A stretch of 64,000 nucleotides of DNA. Origin: Bryobacterales bacterium (lineage in GTDB: Bacteria > Acidobacteriota > Terriglobia > Bryobacterales > UBA6623). Position 1 is the first letter of the stretch. Every line of letters starts with the position of its first letter. Made by a program: the position numbers and the translations under genes. The DNA lies in the NCBI GenBank assembly GCA_963422375.2, contig CAXXKD010000001.1, positions 256,001-320,000 of the forward strand, read 5' to 3'. This document shows positions 1 through 8,895 of this stretch, one piece after another. Below the pieces are notes generated by a model. It saw only the letters and a list, made by a program, of their open reading frames with translations. It was not told the DNA's origin and ran no database searches.

Positions 1-989
1 GGGGACCAGCGCCTCCGGATCGTAGCGGCGGTTGAAGCGGTAGCGGAACGCGGCGAGGTACCGCGGCAGGTGCTTGCCGTCGAGCGCATGGCAGGTTCCC
101 GCCAGGGACTGCTTGACGTGCGCCAGCATCGTGCTGACCCGGACGTCGACCCGGACGAAGCGGGAATCCGCGCAGCTCCGCTGCCCGCCTCCGGTGACGG
201 TCGGCACGTGCTCGCAGCCGGCGCCGGCCACGCCCCGCAAGCAGGCCGGGCCGTCGGCATGCACCTCCGTGCCGGGCTGCAAGTGCCGCCCGGCCCACGC
301 TACCAGCGTCTTCTTGCGCAAGCCCGCCACGCCGCTCAGGCGCATCCTTGCCGGCTGGCCGGCGGCGGTGACCTGCACGGCGGCCACGAACGGCGTCTTG
401 CCCGCCGCGCCGCGACCGCGCTGGCCGCCGCTCCGCTCCCCGCCCCAGTAGGCCCCAGTAGGCGTCGTCCACTTGCACGATGCCGTGCAGCGGCACGCGC
501 TCGTCGCGCTCCTTCAGCACTGGCAGGAGCTTGTGCTGCACCTTCCAGGCCGTGTCTTCCAGGCCGTGTTCCGGCTGACCCCCAGCTGCCGCGCCAGTTC
601 CAGCGACGAAACGCCGTGCTGGCCCTGCGTCAGCAGGTGGAGCGCCAGGAACCGGACGATCAGCGGCAGCTTGGTGGCGGCCAAGATCGTGCCGGCGACG
701 AGGGAGGTCCGGCGGTGGCAGGCATGGCACTGCCGGAGCTTGCGGGAGCGGATGCGGCAGTGCCGGCAGGAGCCGCACTCCGGGCAGCGGAAGCCGTCCG
801 GCCAGCGGGCGTTGAAGACGGCGTGATCGCATGGCCCCTCGCTGCCGTAGCGCTGCAGGAACTTGCTCGGACTGAGTCCCTTCTGGAATTGCACGCGATT
901 GCGTTTCAGCTTCTATCCCCTTTCCCGTCAGAGATTTCCGACCTCCTTCAGTATAGCATATCCTCGGATGACGTTCGTTGGTAATCAGG
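1..989 (-). mobile_element. IS1595-family element, degenerate transposase, runs off the left window edge
   Basis: ORF 514..894 has a Zn finger (RWPDGFRCPEC...QCHAC) and GVSSLELARQLGVSRNTAW. The rest is frameshifted. The putative end ...CGTTGGTAATCAGG at 989 coincides with a sharp GC drop. Confidence 0.85.
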
Positions 990-1678
990 ATAAAAAATGA
1001 GAGTGTACCATATTGAACCGACGGTGTTTCGGGGACTCCAAGACTTGGACAGTGGACTTACTCTACAATCGGACGGCAGAAATACTACAAGAGTTCTGCG
1101 ACAGATTCGACTGAAATCACTGGATCATTGGAACGACATTCTAGCGCTCATTGAAGTAATTTCTCCAGGGACTATTGGAGTCAGTCAACAAGAGAATAGG
1201 CGATGAGGTAGCATTGGAGTTCACCCAAGACTGGGGGCAATCTGAACCAATTCGCTTCGGAGCTGTTAGTATGTCTGACGGCACATTGCGTGCGTTGGGT
1301 ATCTTGGCAGCTATATTCCAGCCCTCAGCGCCTTCAGTCATCTTGCTGGAAGAGCCTGAGGCAACCATACATCCGCGGGCCATCGGGTGCATTATTAATT
1401 TGATACGACACGCCGCACGCTACATGCAAGTTGTTGTGGCAACTCACAGCCCCGATATACTTGACGCTGAGTGGATCGAAGATCGTCACCTGAGATTGGT
1501 CGAATGCAACAGGGGAGCTACCACTGTGAATCCAATGTCAGCGGCATCGAGTAGAGCCCTTGACGAACGTTTTGCGGGCGTTGGTGAGCAATTGCGAAAC
1601 AACATGCTCGCGTCGGATGAAAATGAGTTGCAGGCAAGTGCAAGGATGACCTCGTTATTCAAGGATAGCTTCGTATGA
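990..1678 (+). pseudogene. ABC/AAA_21-type ATPase, 5'-truncated by IS and frameshifted near 1190
   Basis: Signature MSDGTLR, Walker B VILLEEPE and H-loop VATHSP lie in ORF 1175..1678. The upstream piece 997..1206 is in another frame. No Walker A. Lower GC than the flanks. Confidence 0.85.
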
Positions 1679-2361
1679 ATCTTCATCTTATCGTCGAAGG
1701 GCATGGTGATGTTCTGGCAGCTCCGGTATTGCTTCGACGTTTCGTAGAGGCTGCTCGCGAGTGTGCTCTGTCTGCAGGCAATTCGTCTTGGAATGTGGAA
1801 GTCGCAAGACCACTCAGGTTCCCTAGCGGCCAGCTAGTCAGGCGGGCTGGCATTGAGGAAGCCATAAGTAAAGCGCTCATGCAAGAACCGGATGCAATAC
1901 TGATTCTGTTCGACGGAGATCGTGATTGCCCCGCTGATTTCGGACCAAGGGTGCGTGGCTGGGTGGTCGGAATGGCATGGGGGGTGCCGTGCGAGGTTGT
2001 CATGCCGAACAGGGAATACGAAGCTTGGCTCCTAGCGTCGATGGAATCGATAAGGGGCGAGCGGGATATCAAGAATGACGCTGATCCTCATCCACGACCA
2101 GAGGAACCTCCGGGCGCCAAGGCACAACTGGATGCTCGGATGCGTTGGGGGAAGAGCTACGTTGAGGCAGCCGATCAAGCGGCACTGAGCAGCAAGTTTT
2201 CGATGGCTGCCGCATATTCGCGGAGCCGGTCATTCCGCAAGCTCGCAAGTGCATTCGGCGAGTTGCTGCAGGCGACGGAATGCACGGTCGCCCCTTGGCC
2301 GCCTGCGGGATGGGATCGGTTTCCAAGAGATCGGCAGGCTTCGGCGTCACTTCGCCGCTAG
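1675..2361 (+). CDS. DUF4276-like TOPRIM-fold protein
   Basis: IVEGHGD, LFDGDRDCP and EYEAWLLA motifs; ATGA overlap with the ATPase stop. Confidence 0.75.
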   Translation: MNLHLIVEGHGDVLAAPVLLRRFVEAARECALSAGNSSWNVEVARPLRFPSGQLVRRAGIEEAISKALMQEPDAILILFDGDRDCPADFGPRVRGWVVGMAWGVPCEVVMPNREYEAWLLASMESIRGERDIKNDADPHPRPEEPPGAKAQLDARMRWGKSYVEAADQAALSSKFSMAAAYSRSRSFRKLASAFGELLQATECTVAPWPPAGWDRFPRDRQASASLRR

Positions 2362-2538
2362 AAGCCCCCGAAGCGGATCGACGCGGGAAAGATCGTCGCA
2401 GGTCCGGTTGTCGGGCATCGGAAGCCGCTACGCGAGACCGCAACCATGCTATCGGCCGACCCATCAGGTTCCCGTCCGCCCCGGGCCGCCTGCTGTTAGA
2501 CTTGGGCGGCCCGTCCCCGAGATTGCTGTCCGAACGCA

Positions 2539-3969
2539 ATGCACCGCCTCGCCCGAATTCTCCCGCTTCTCGTTCTCCCAGCGGCGCTCGCTCCCGCCGC
2601 GCAGCCGCCCAATGTCGTCGTGGTGCTGGTCGATGACCTCGGCTGGATGGACCTCGGGTGCCAGGGCTCGGACTTCTATCGGACGCCGAACATCGACCGC
2701 CTTGCCGCCACCGGCATGCGATTCACCGACGGCTACGCCTCGTGCGCGGTCTGCTCGCCGACTCGCGCCGCCCTGATGACCGGCCGCTCGCCCTCGCGGC
2801 TCGGCATCACCGATTGGATCCGGGCCGAGTTCCAGCTTGGCAATCGGCAGTGGCCCAACGTGCGCGACAGGTTCGGCTACCACCGCCCGGACGACAGGTC
2901 CAGGCCGCTCCTGACCCCGGTGAACGAGCAGCGCTTGCCGCACGGCGAGATCACGGTCGCGGAAATGCTCAAGCCGCTCGGGTACGCGAGCGGCTTTATC
3001 GGCAAGTGGCACCTGGGCGGCCGCGGCCACCTTCCCGTTGACCAAGGCTTCGACGAGAACTACGGCGGCTGGGACTACGGCCAGCCGCCATCCTACTTCG
3101 ACCCGTACGTCGAGCAGCCGAGGCTGCCCATGGGGATCCCGACGCTGGAGCCGAGGAAAGCGGGCGAATACCTCACCGACCGCGAGGCCGACGAGGCGGT
3201 AGCGTTCATCGAGCGGAACCGCCACCGGCCGTTTCTGCTCTATCTCTCGCACTACGCGGTGCATACGCCGATCCAAGGGAAGAAGGCCCTGGTCGCCGAA
3301 TACGAGAGCCGCCGCGACGGGAAGGGGCAGGACGATCCGGTCTACGCCGCGATGGTTCACAGCGTCGACGAGGCGATGGGGCGGCTGCTGGACGCGCTCG
3401 GCAAGGCTGGGGTCGCCGAGCGCACCATGATCGTATTCACCGGGGACAACGGCGGCTTGGACCGCGAGGGCCGGCCGACCGAGAACGCGCCGCTCCGCAG
3501 CGGCAAGGGGCACGCCTACGAAGGCGGGCTGAGGACCCCTTGGATCGTGCGGTGGCCTGCCGTGACCAAGCCGGGAACCGTCTCCGGCGAGCCGGTCGCG
3601 AGCATCGACCTGCTGCCGACGATCGCCGCCGCGGCGGGCACCCGCCCCCCGTCCGACCGGCCCATCGACGGCATCGACCTCGGGCCAGCCCTGCGGGGCG
3701 GGGAACTGCCGGAGCGCGCGCTTCACTGGCACTTCCCCCATTACCGTCGCGGGCCGGGGCACGATCCCTATTCGGTCGTCCGCAAGGGCGACTGGAAGCT
3801 CATCCGCTTCTACGACCCGGCCAAGGTCGAGCTGTACAACTTGGCGGCGGATCTCGGAGAGGCGAAGGATCTTTCCGGCTCCAATCCGGTCAAGGCCGCC
3901 GAGCTGGAATTGGAACTGGACGAGGCCTTGCGCGACGCCGGGGCGCGCCTTCCGGTCTCGTCGCGCTAG
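2539..3969 (+). CDS. Secreted Cys-type (formylglycine) sulfatase
   Basis: Signal peptide, PNVVVVLVDDLG, CSPTRAALMTG, GKWHLG, GDNGG. Confidence 0.95.
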   Translation: MHRLARILPLLVLPAALAPAAQPPNVVVVLVDDLGWMDLGCQGSDFYRTPNIDRLAATGMRFTDGYASCAVCSPTRAALMTGRSPSRLGITDWIRAEFQLGNRQWPNVRDRFGYHRPDDRSRPLLTPVNEQRLPHGEITVAEMLKPLGYASGFIGKWHLGGRGHLPVDQGFDENYGGWDYGQPPSYFDPYVEQPRLPMGIPTLEPRKAGEYLTDREADEAVAFIERNRHRPFLLYLSHYAVHTPIQGKKALVAEYESRRDGKGQDDPVYAAMVHSVDEAMGRLLDALGKAGVAERTMIVFTGDNGGLDREGRPTENAPLRSGKGHAYEGGLRTPWIVRWPAVTKPGTVSGEPVASIDLLPTIAAAAGTRPPSDRPIDGIDLGPALRGGELPERALHWHFPHYRRGPGHDPYSVVRKGDWKLIRFYDPAKVELYNLAADLGEAKDLSGSNPVKAAELELELDEALRDAGARLPVSSR

Positions 3970-5360
3970 TTCGCGGCGGACGAGTTCGAGTCGCTGGCGC
4001 CGAGCAGCTCGAGGAACCGAGCCGTTGACGCGATTCCCATGCGGAAGTTGCGCAAGCTGAACTTCTCGTTGGGGGCATGGAGCGCGTCGTCGGGAAGGCC
4101 GTAGCCCATCAGGATCGTCGGGATGCCCAGATGCTCTTGGAAGTCCCCGACGACCGGGATCGACCCTCCGGACCGGATGAACACGGTTTCCCGGCCCCAA
4201 GTCTCGGTCAGCGCCTGAGCGGCGCTGCGAATCATTGCGTGGTCCGTCGAGGCCAGCGTGGCGGGCGCGGTGTGGATCAGCTGCACTTCAACCTCGATTC
4301 CCGGCGGCGCGTGCTGCGAGGAGAAGTCGCGCATCGCGTCGAGGATTTCGCCCGGGTCCTGACTTGGAACGAGCCTGCAGCTCACCTTGGCCGACGCTGT
4401 CGAGGGGATCACCGTCTTCGCCCCGGGCCCGGTGAACCCCCCGGGGATTCCGTGGACCTCGAACGTGGGACGGGCCCCCACCCGCTCGAACACCGAATAG
4501 CCCGGCTCCCCGGTGAGCGTGGTCGCCTGCACTTCATCCCGAAGGTACGCGGATTCGTCGAACGGTATCCGCATCCAGCTGGCCTTCTCCGCCGCGGACG
4601 GCTCTTCGACCCGGTCATAGAACCCGGGTATCAGCACACGGCCGGTGGCGTCCTTGCACTTCGCCAGCAACTCGACCAAGCCGAAGACCGCGTTCGGAGC
4701 GACGCCTCCGTACAGGCCGGAATGCAGGTCGCGCGCTGCGCCCCTAGCGGTCCATTCGGTGTAGACCAGGCCCCGAAGGCCGGTGCAGATCGTCGGCGTA
4801 TCCGGCAGGTACATCGCGGTGTCGGACACCACGGCGGCGTCGGCTTGCAGGCGCCTCGCTTGGGTGGCGACGAACTCGGAAACCGCTTCCCCTCCGACCT
4901 CCTCCTCGCCTTCGACTAGGAACTTGACGTTGACCGGGAACGCGCCGCGCGCGAGCCGCAGGGCCTCGAGCGCCTTGATGTTGGCCAGCACCTGCCCCTT
5001 GTCGTCGGACGCCCCGCGCGCGTAGACTTGCCGGTCCCGCACGGTGGGCTCGAACGGAGGGGACAGCCACTCCTCGAGCGGGTCCACGGGCTGCACGTCA
5101 TAGTGACCGTAGAAAAGGATAGTGGGCTTGCTAGGAGCCCCGCTCCACTCGCCGTAGACGAGCGGGTGGCCGCGGCCCTCGACGATCTCCACGGATTGCA
5201 GGCCGGCTTGGATGAGCTGCAGCCGGGTGTACTCGGCGGCCCGTGCGATATCCGGCTTGTGCTCGGGCAGTGTGCTGACGCTCGGTATCCGAAGAAAGTC
5301 GAAGAGTTCCCGCTCGAACCGGGGCGTCTCCCGGTCGATGCACTCCGTGGTAGAGGCCAT
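3966..5360 (-). CDS. M20 family dipeptidase
   Basis: YGHYDVQP, ARGASDDKG, EGEEE, DLHSG, HAPNE motifs. Confidence 0.93.
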   Translation of the reverse strand: MASTTECIDRETPRFERELFDFLRIPSVSTLPEHKPDIARAAEYTRLQLIQAGLQSVEIVEGRGHPLVYGEWSGAPSKPTILFYGHYDVQPVDPLEEWLSPPFEPTVRDRQVYARGASDDKGQVLANIKALEALRLARGAFPVNVKFLVEGEEEVGGEAVSEFVATQARRLQADAAVVSDTAMYLPDTPTICTGLRGLVYTEWTARGAARDLHSGLYGGVAPNAVFGLVELLAKCKDATGRVLIPGFYDRVEEPSAAEKASWMRIPFDESAYLRDEVQATTLTGEPGYSVFERVGARPTFEVHGIPGGFTGPGAKTVIPSTASAKVSCRLVPSQDPGEILDAMRDFSSQHAPPGIEVEVQLIHTAPATLASTDHAMIRSAAQALTETWGRETVFIRSGGSIPVVGDFQEHLGIPTILMGYGLPDDALHAPNEKFSLRNFRMGIASTARFLELLGASDSNSSAAN

Positions 5361-5925
5361 AGGGTTTCAGGATACTGAGCGCTACGAGCCGTATCGCGAG
5401 CCTCGTTGGCCGTCCGCTCCGCGGCTTGGGAACTACGGCGCGTCCGAGTCCCGGAGGTACTTGTGGTCGCGCTGCGGTGCCGTCGCTGCGAGGAACCGCT
5501 TCGCCCGCGCCTATACTGCATGTATTGGGCTGCTGGGCCCGGATGCGCAGTCTTTCCTTGGACGAGCGGCGCCCCCTCCGCGGCCATTTGCCTCATGCTG
5601 GCCGCCCGCTCCCGACTCGATCCGCGCTCCCTCCCGATGCGCGACTGCCGACAGAGGGCGCTCACGAGCCAGGGCTGGCCCTGCGCGCAGCTCCGCCGGC
5701 GCCCAAGGCCTCCGCCGAGAATCCCCACCGGCGACTCCGCCGTGTGCAGCCGCAGGGCCCCCGCGACATCCTGCCGACTGAACCGGCCCGCCCTCAGCGA
5801 CCTGACGCTGACGTTGAATGCGCTGCCGTTGGCGATGACCTCGCCCGTCGAACCGGAGCGGATGCGGCAGCTACCAGTGCCCCGCGACCGGCCGCCGGGC
5901 GTGCAAACATGGAAGACGGAACCGC

Positions 5926-6999
5926 ATGAAGACCGCCATCATTGGCCTGCCGCAGGTCGGCAAGACTGCGCTGTTCAAGATTCTCACCGGCGCGTCTTCG
6001 GAGCGCCGCATCGGGGTGACGAAGGTGCAGCTCGGCGTCGCAAGAGTCCCGGACGAGCGGCTCGACGCCATCGCTCGCCTCTTCAGCCCTAAGAAGGTCA
6101 CGCCCGCGACGGTCGAGTACGCCGACATGCCCGGCCTGTCGCGCGACGCGCTCCGCGATCCCAGCTACATCGGCAGCCTGCGCACCGTGGATGCATTCGC
6201 CCACGTGCTGCGGCTATTCAAGGACGAGACGGTGATGCACGTCGAAGGGTCGCTCGATCCGGCCCGCGACCAGGCCAACATCGACTTGGAGCTGATCCTC
6301 AGCGACCTTCAGGTCGTGGAAAACCGGCTGGCTCGGGTCGAGAAGGACATCAAGCGCATCAGGGATCCCGGTCTCGCGGCCGAGAGAGACCTGCTGCAGG
6401 GTTGCCGCTCGTGGTTGGAGCAGGAGCGCCCGCTCCGGGAACTGGACCTCGCTCCCGAGCAGTCCAAGAGGCTGAAGGGCTTCCAGTTCCTGTCGGAAAA
6501 GCCCATGCTCCTGGTTCTAAACGTAGGGGAGGACGAGGTGTCCGCGATCGCCGGCATCGAGGACCGCTATGGCGCGGCGATGGTCGGAAGGCGCCGGAAC
6601 CTAGCGCTCGCTGCGGTCTGCGGGAGCGTCGAGTCCGAATTGGTCGAGCTGGATCCGGCCGACAGGCGCGAGTACCTCGAGAGCTACGGCTTGGAGTCGT
6701 CCGGGATCGAACGGCTCGTCTCCGCCACCTACTCGCTGCTCGGTCTGATGTCGTTCCTCACCGCGGGCGAATCCGAGTGCCGGGCCTGGACGATCAGGCG
6801 CGACGCCTCGGCGATCGCTGCCGCCGGGACGATCCACACCGATTTCGCCAGGCGGTTCATCCGCGCCGAGACGATCGACTGGAGGACGCTCGTTGAGCAC
6901 GGAGGGTACTCGCGGGCGCGGGATCACGGCGACCTCCGGCTCGAGGGCAGGGACTACGTCGTCCGGGACGGCGACGTGCTGGTCATCCGGCACGGTTGA
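5926..6999 (+). CDS. ychF: Obg-family ATPase YchF
   Basis: GLPQVGKT P-loop, NVGE specificity motif, C-terminal TGS (AGTIHTDF...FIRAE...DYVVRDGD). Confidence 0.93.
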   Translation: MKTAIIGLPQVGKTALFKILTGASSERRIGVTKVQLGVARVPDERLDAIARLFSPKKVTPATVEYADMPGLSRDALRDPSYIGSLRTVDAFAHVLRLFKDETVMHVEGSLDPARDQANIDLELILSDLQVVENRLARVEKDIKRIRDPGLAAERDLLQGCRSWLEQERPLRELDLAPEQSKRLKGFQFLSEKPMLLVLNVGEDEVSAIAGIEDRYGAAMVGRRRNLALAAVCGSVESELVELDPADRREYLESYGLESSGIERLVSATYSLLGLMSFLTAGESECRAWTIRRDASAIAAAGTIHTDFARRFIRAETIDWRTLVEHGGYSRARDHGDLRLEGRDYVVRDGDVLVIRHG

Positions 7000-7016
7000 C
7001 CAGACCCGGGGCAGGC

Positions 7017-7544
7017 CTATTTCGTCGGGCGAGGATCCCGCACGAAGCCGCCGCGATTCGGCATCTCGACTTTCGGCAGCGACTCTCGGTCCAGCGTCGC
7101 GTCTTCGCCGATAATGCCGTTCAGGTACAGGACGTAGGCCGTAACCGCGTAGATCTGGTCCGCGGACAGGGTGCCGGGCTCTTCGAACGGCATCGCCCGT
7201 CGCGTGTAGTCGAACAGCGTGGTGGCGTACGGCCAGTAGCTGCCCACGGTCTTGACCGGGGGCACCTGCTTCAGCTGTTCCCGCTTGCCGACAAGCGCGG
7301 CTTGGTCGCCGCCGCCGCCCTGCTCACCGTGGCACTCCTTGCAGCTCGTCTCGTAGACTTGCGCCCCTTCTTTCGCCGTGCCGCTACCCGGCGGCAGCTC
7401 CCGGCCCTCGGGACCGATCGTGATGTCCCAAGCCTTGACCTCGTCGTCGGTCGCGGCGCGCCCGAGACCGAACGGCTGCGCTGCCAGCGGCTGCGCCGCC
7501 AGCCCGAGCAGCGCCAGACCGCCGGCCCACCTAAGCTTCGGCAT
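7017..7544 (-). CDS. SoxD-like monoheme cytochrome c
   Basis: Signal peptide, CKECH, KTVGSYWPYATTLFDY, AMPF; overlaps the upstream molybdoenzyme gene. Confidence 0.85.
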   Translation of the reverse strand: MPKLRWAGGLALLGLAAQPLAAQPFGLGRAATDDEVKAWDITIGPEGRELPPGSGTAKEGAQVYETSCKECHGEQGGGGDQAALVGKREQLKQVPPVKTVGSYWPYATTLFDYTRRAMPFEEPGTLSADQIYAVTAYVLYLNGIIGEDATLDRESLPKVEMPNRGGFVRDPRPTK

Positions 7545-8769
7545 TGGACACGCTCCCGTCGGCGGCTACCTTCCATCCCTTGATCCGGTTGCAATGGTAT
7601 GCCGAGTACCTTCCGCGCTCGGCGATCAGGGCCTCCCGCGACGGCTGCACGTATCCCGTCTCGTCCCGGCATCGCGACATCAGTACGCATTCGCTCCCGT
7701 CCCAGCTCCACGGGAGTCTGAACCGCGTGAAGGCCTTGGAATATACCGGCTGCTGCAGCTCGGCCTCCGACCAAGTCTGCCCGCCGTCCGTCGAGACTTC
7801 GGCCGTCTCGATCCTGCCGCGGCCCGACCATGCCAACCCGCTGATTTCGTAGAATCCGGCGCCGCCGATCGAATGCCCGCCCGAAGGGTTCGTGATGACT
7901 GACTTGGCGTCCATCTCGAAGGTGAAGATCCAAGCCTCGCCGCTCTCCATCAGCTCCGTGTACTTGGAGGTCTCGTCCTTGGTGAACTGGGGGCCCTCCG
8001 TCAGCTTGACACGCCGGAGCCACTTGACGTTCGTGTTGCCCTCCCATCCGGGCAGAATCAGCCTTAGCGGGTAGCCCTGCTCGGGGCGGAGCGCCTCGCC
8101 GTTCTGCCCGTAGGCGACGATGCCCTCGGAGAGGGCCTTGTCCAAGGTGGCGCTGCGCTGCATGCGGCAGGCGTCGGCGCCTTCCGCGAGAATCCATTGC
8201 GCCTCCGGCTGGATGCCCGCCTCCTCCAGCAGGACGCGCAGCGGCACGCCGGTCCACTCGCTGCAGCTCGCCAGCCCGTGGCTGAGCTGCACGGACGGCG
8301 CTCCGGCCGGGCTCCATTCCCCGCCGCTGTTGCCCGAGCACTCGACGAAATGGACCCGGGACACGGAGGGCAGCCGCTTGATGTCGTCTACGGAGAAGAT
8401 CGTTGGACGGCTGACAAGGCCATGCACCAAGAGCTTGTGCCCGGCGGGGTCGATTTCCGGGACCCCGGCGTGATGGCGCTCGAAGTGCAGGGCGGACGGG
8501 GTGATGATGCCGTAGGTTTCGTCCAGCGGTGTCCGGGACGATGCCGCTTCAGGTGTCTTGCTGTCGCGCACGCCGCGCGCGGCCGTCTCGCGGGGGCTCC
8601 GCTCCCCGTACCGGCGCACCGGCGCGCCCAGGCTGCCTCGCGAGGCCGATGCCTCGGGTACCTCCTCTTGGGGCGCTCGGCACGCTGCCAGCGCGCCACC
8701 CGTCAAGGCGCCGGCTCCGAGAAAGGCACGACGGCTCGAGTGCTTCGTCTGCATGAGGGAAGTCATCAT
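7531..8769 (-). CDS. soxC: SoxC-like sulfite-oxidase-family molybdoenzyme
   Basis: Tat motif SRRAFL, GIITPSALHFERHHAG, Mo-ligand ECSGN, EQGYPLRL, VKWLRR, GLAWSGRG. Confidence 0.85.
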   Translation of the reverse strand: MMTSLMQTKHSSRRAFLGAGALTGGALAACRAPQEEVPEASASRGSLGAPVRRYGERSPRETAARGVRDSKTPEAASSRTPLDETYGIITPSALHFERHHAGVPEIDPAGHKLLVHGLVSRPTIFSVDDIKRLPSVSRVHFVECSGNSGGEWSPAGAPSVQLSHGLASCSEWTGVPLRVLLEEAGIQPEAQWILAEGADACRMQRSATLDKALSEGIVAYGQNGEALRPEQGYPLRLILPGWEGNTNVKWLRRVKLTEGPQFTKDETSKYTELMESGEAWIFTFEMDAKSVITNPSGGHSIGGAGFYEISGLAWSGRGRIETAEVSTDGGQTWSEAELQQPVYSKAFTRFRLPWSWDGSECVLMSRCRDETGYVQPSREALIAERGRYSAYHCNRIKGWKVAADGSVSNAEA

Positions 8770-8895
8770 AGCGCGGCCGCCTTCGCGCGCCGAGCGGCTC
8801 CCTTGGCGCGATCGGGCGTTGCTCAGGACCGGTCGGCATGTTTCGCTCTGGAGGCGAGTCGCTGCCGAGCGGATACAATACGCTGGAATCGCGCT

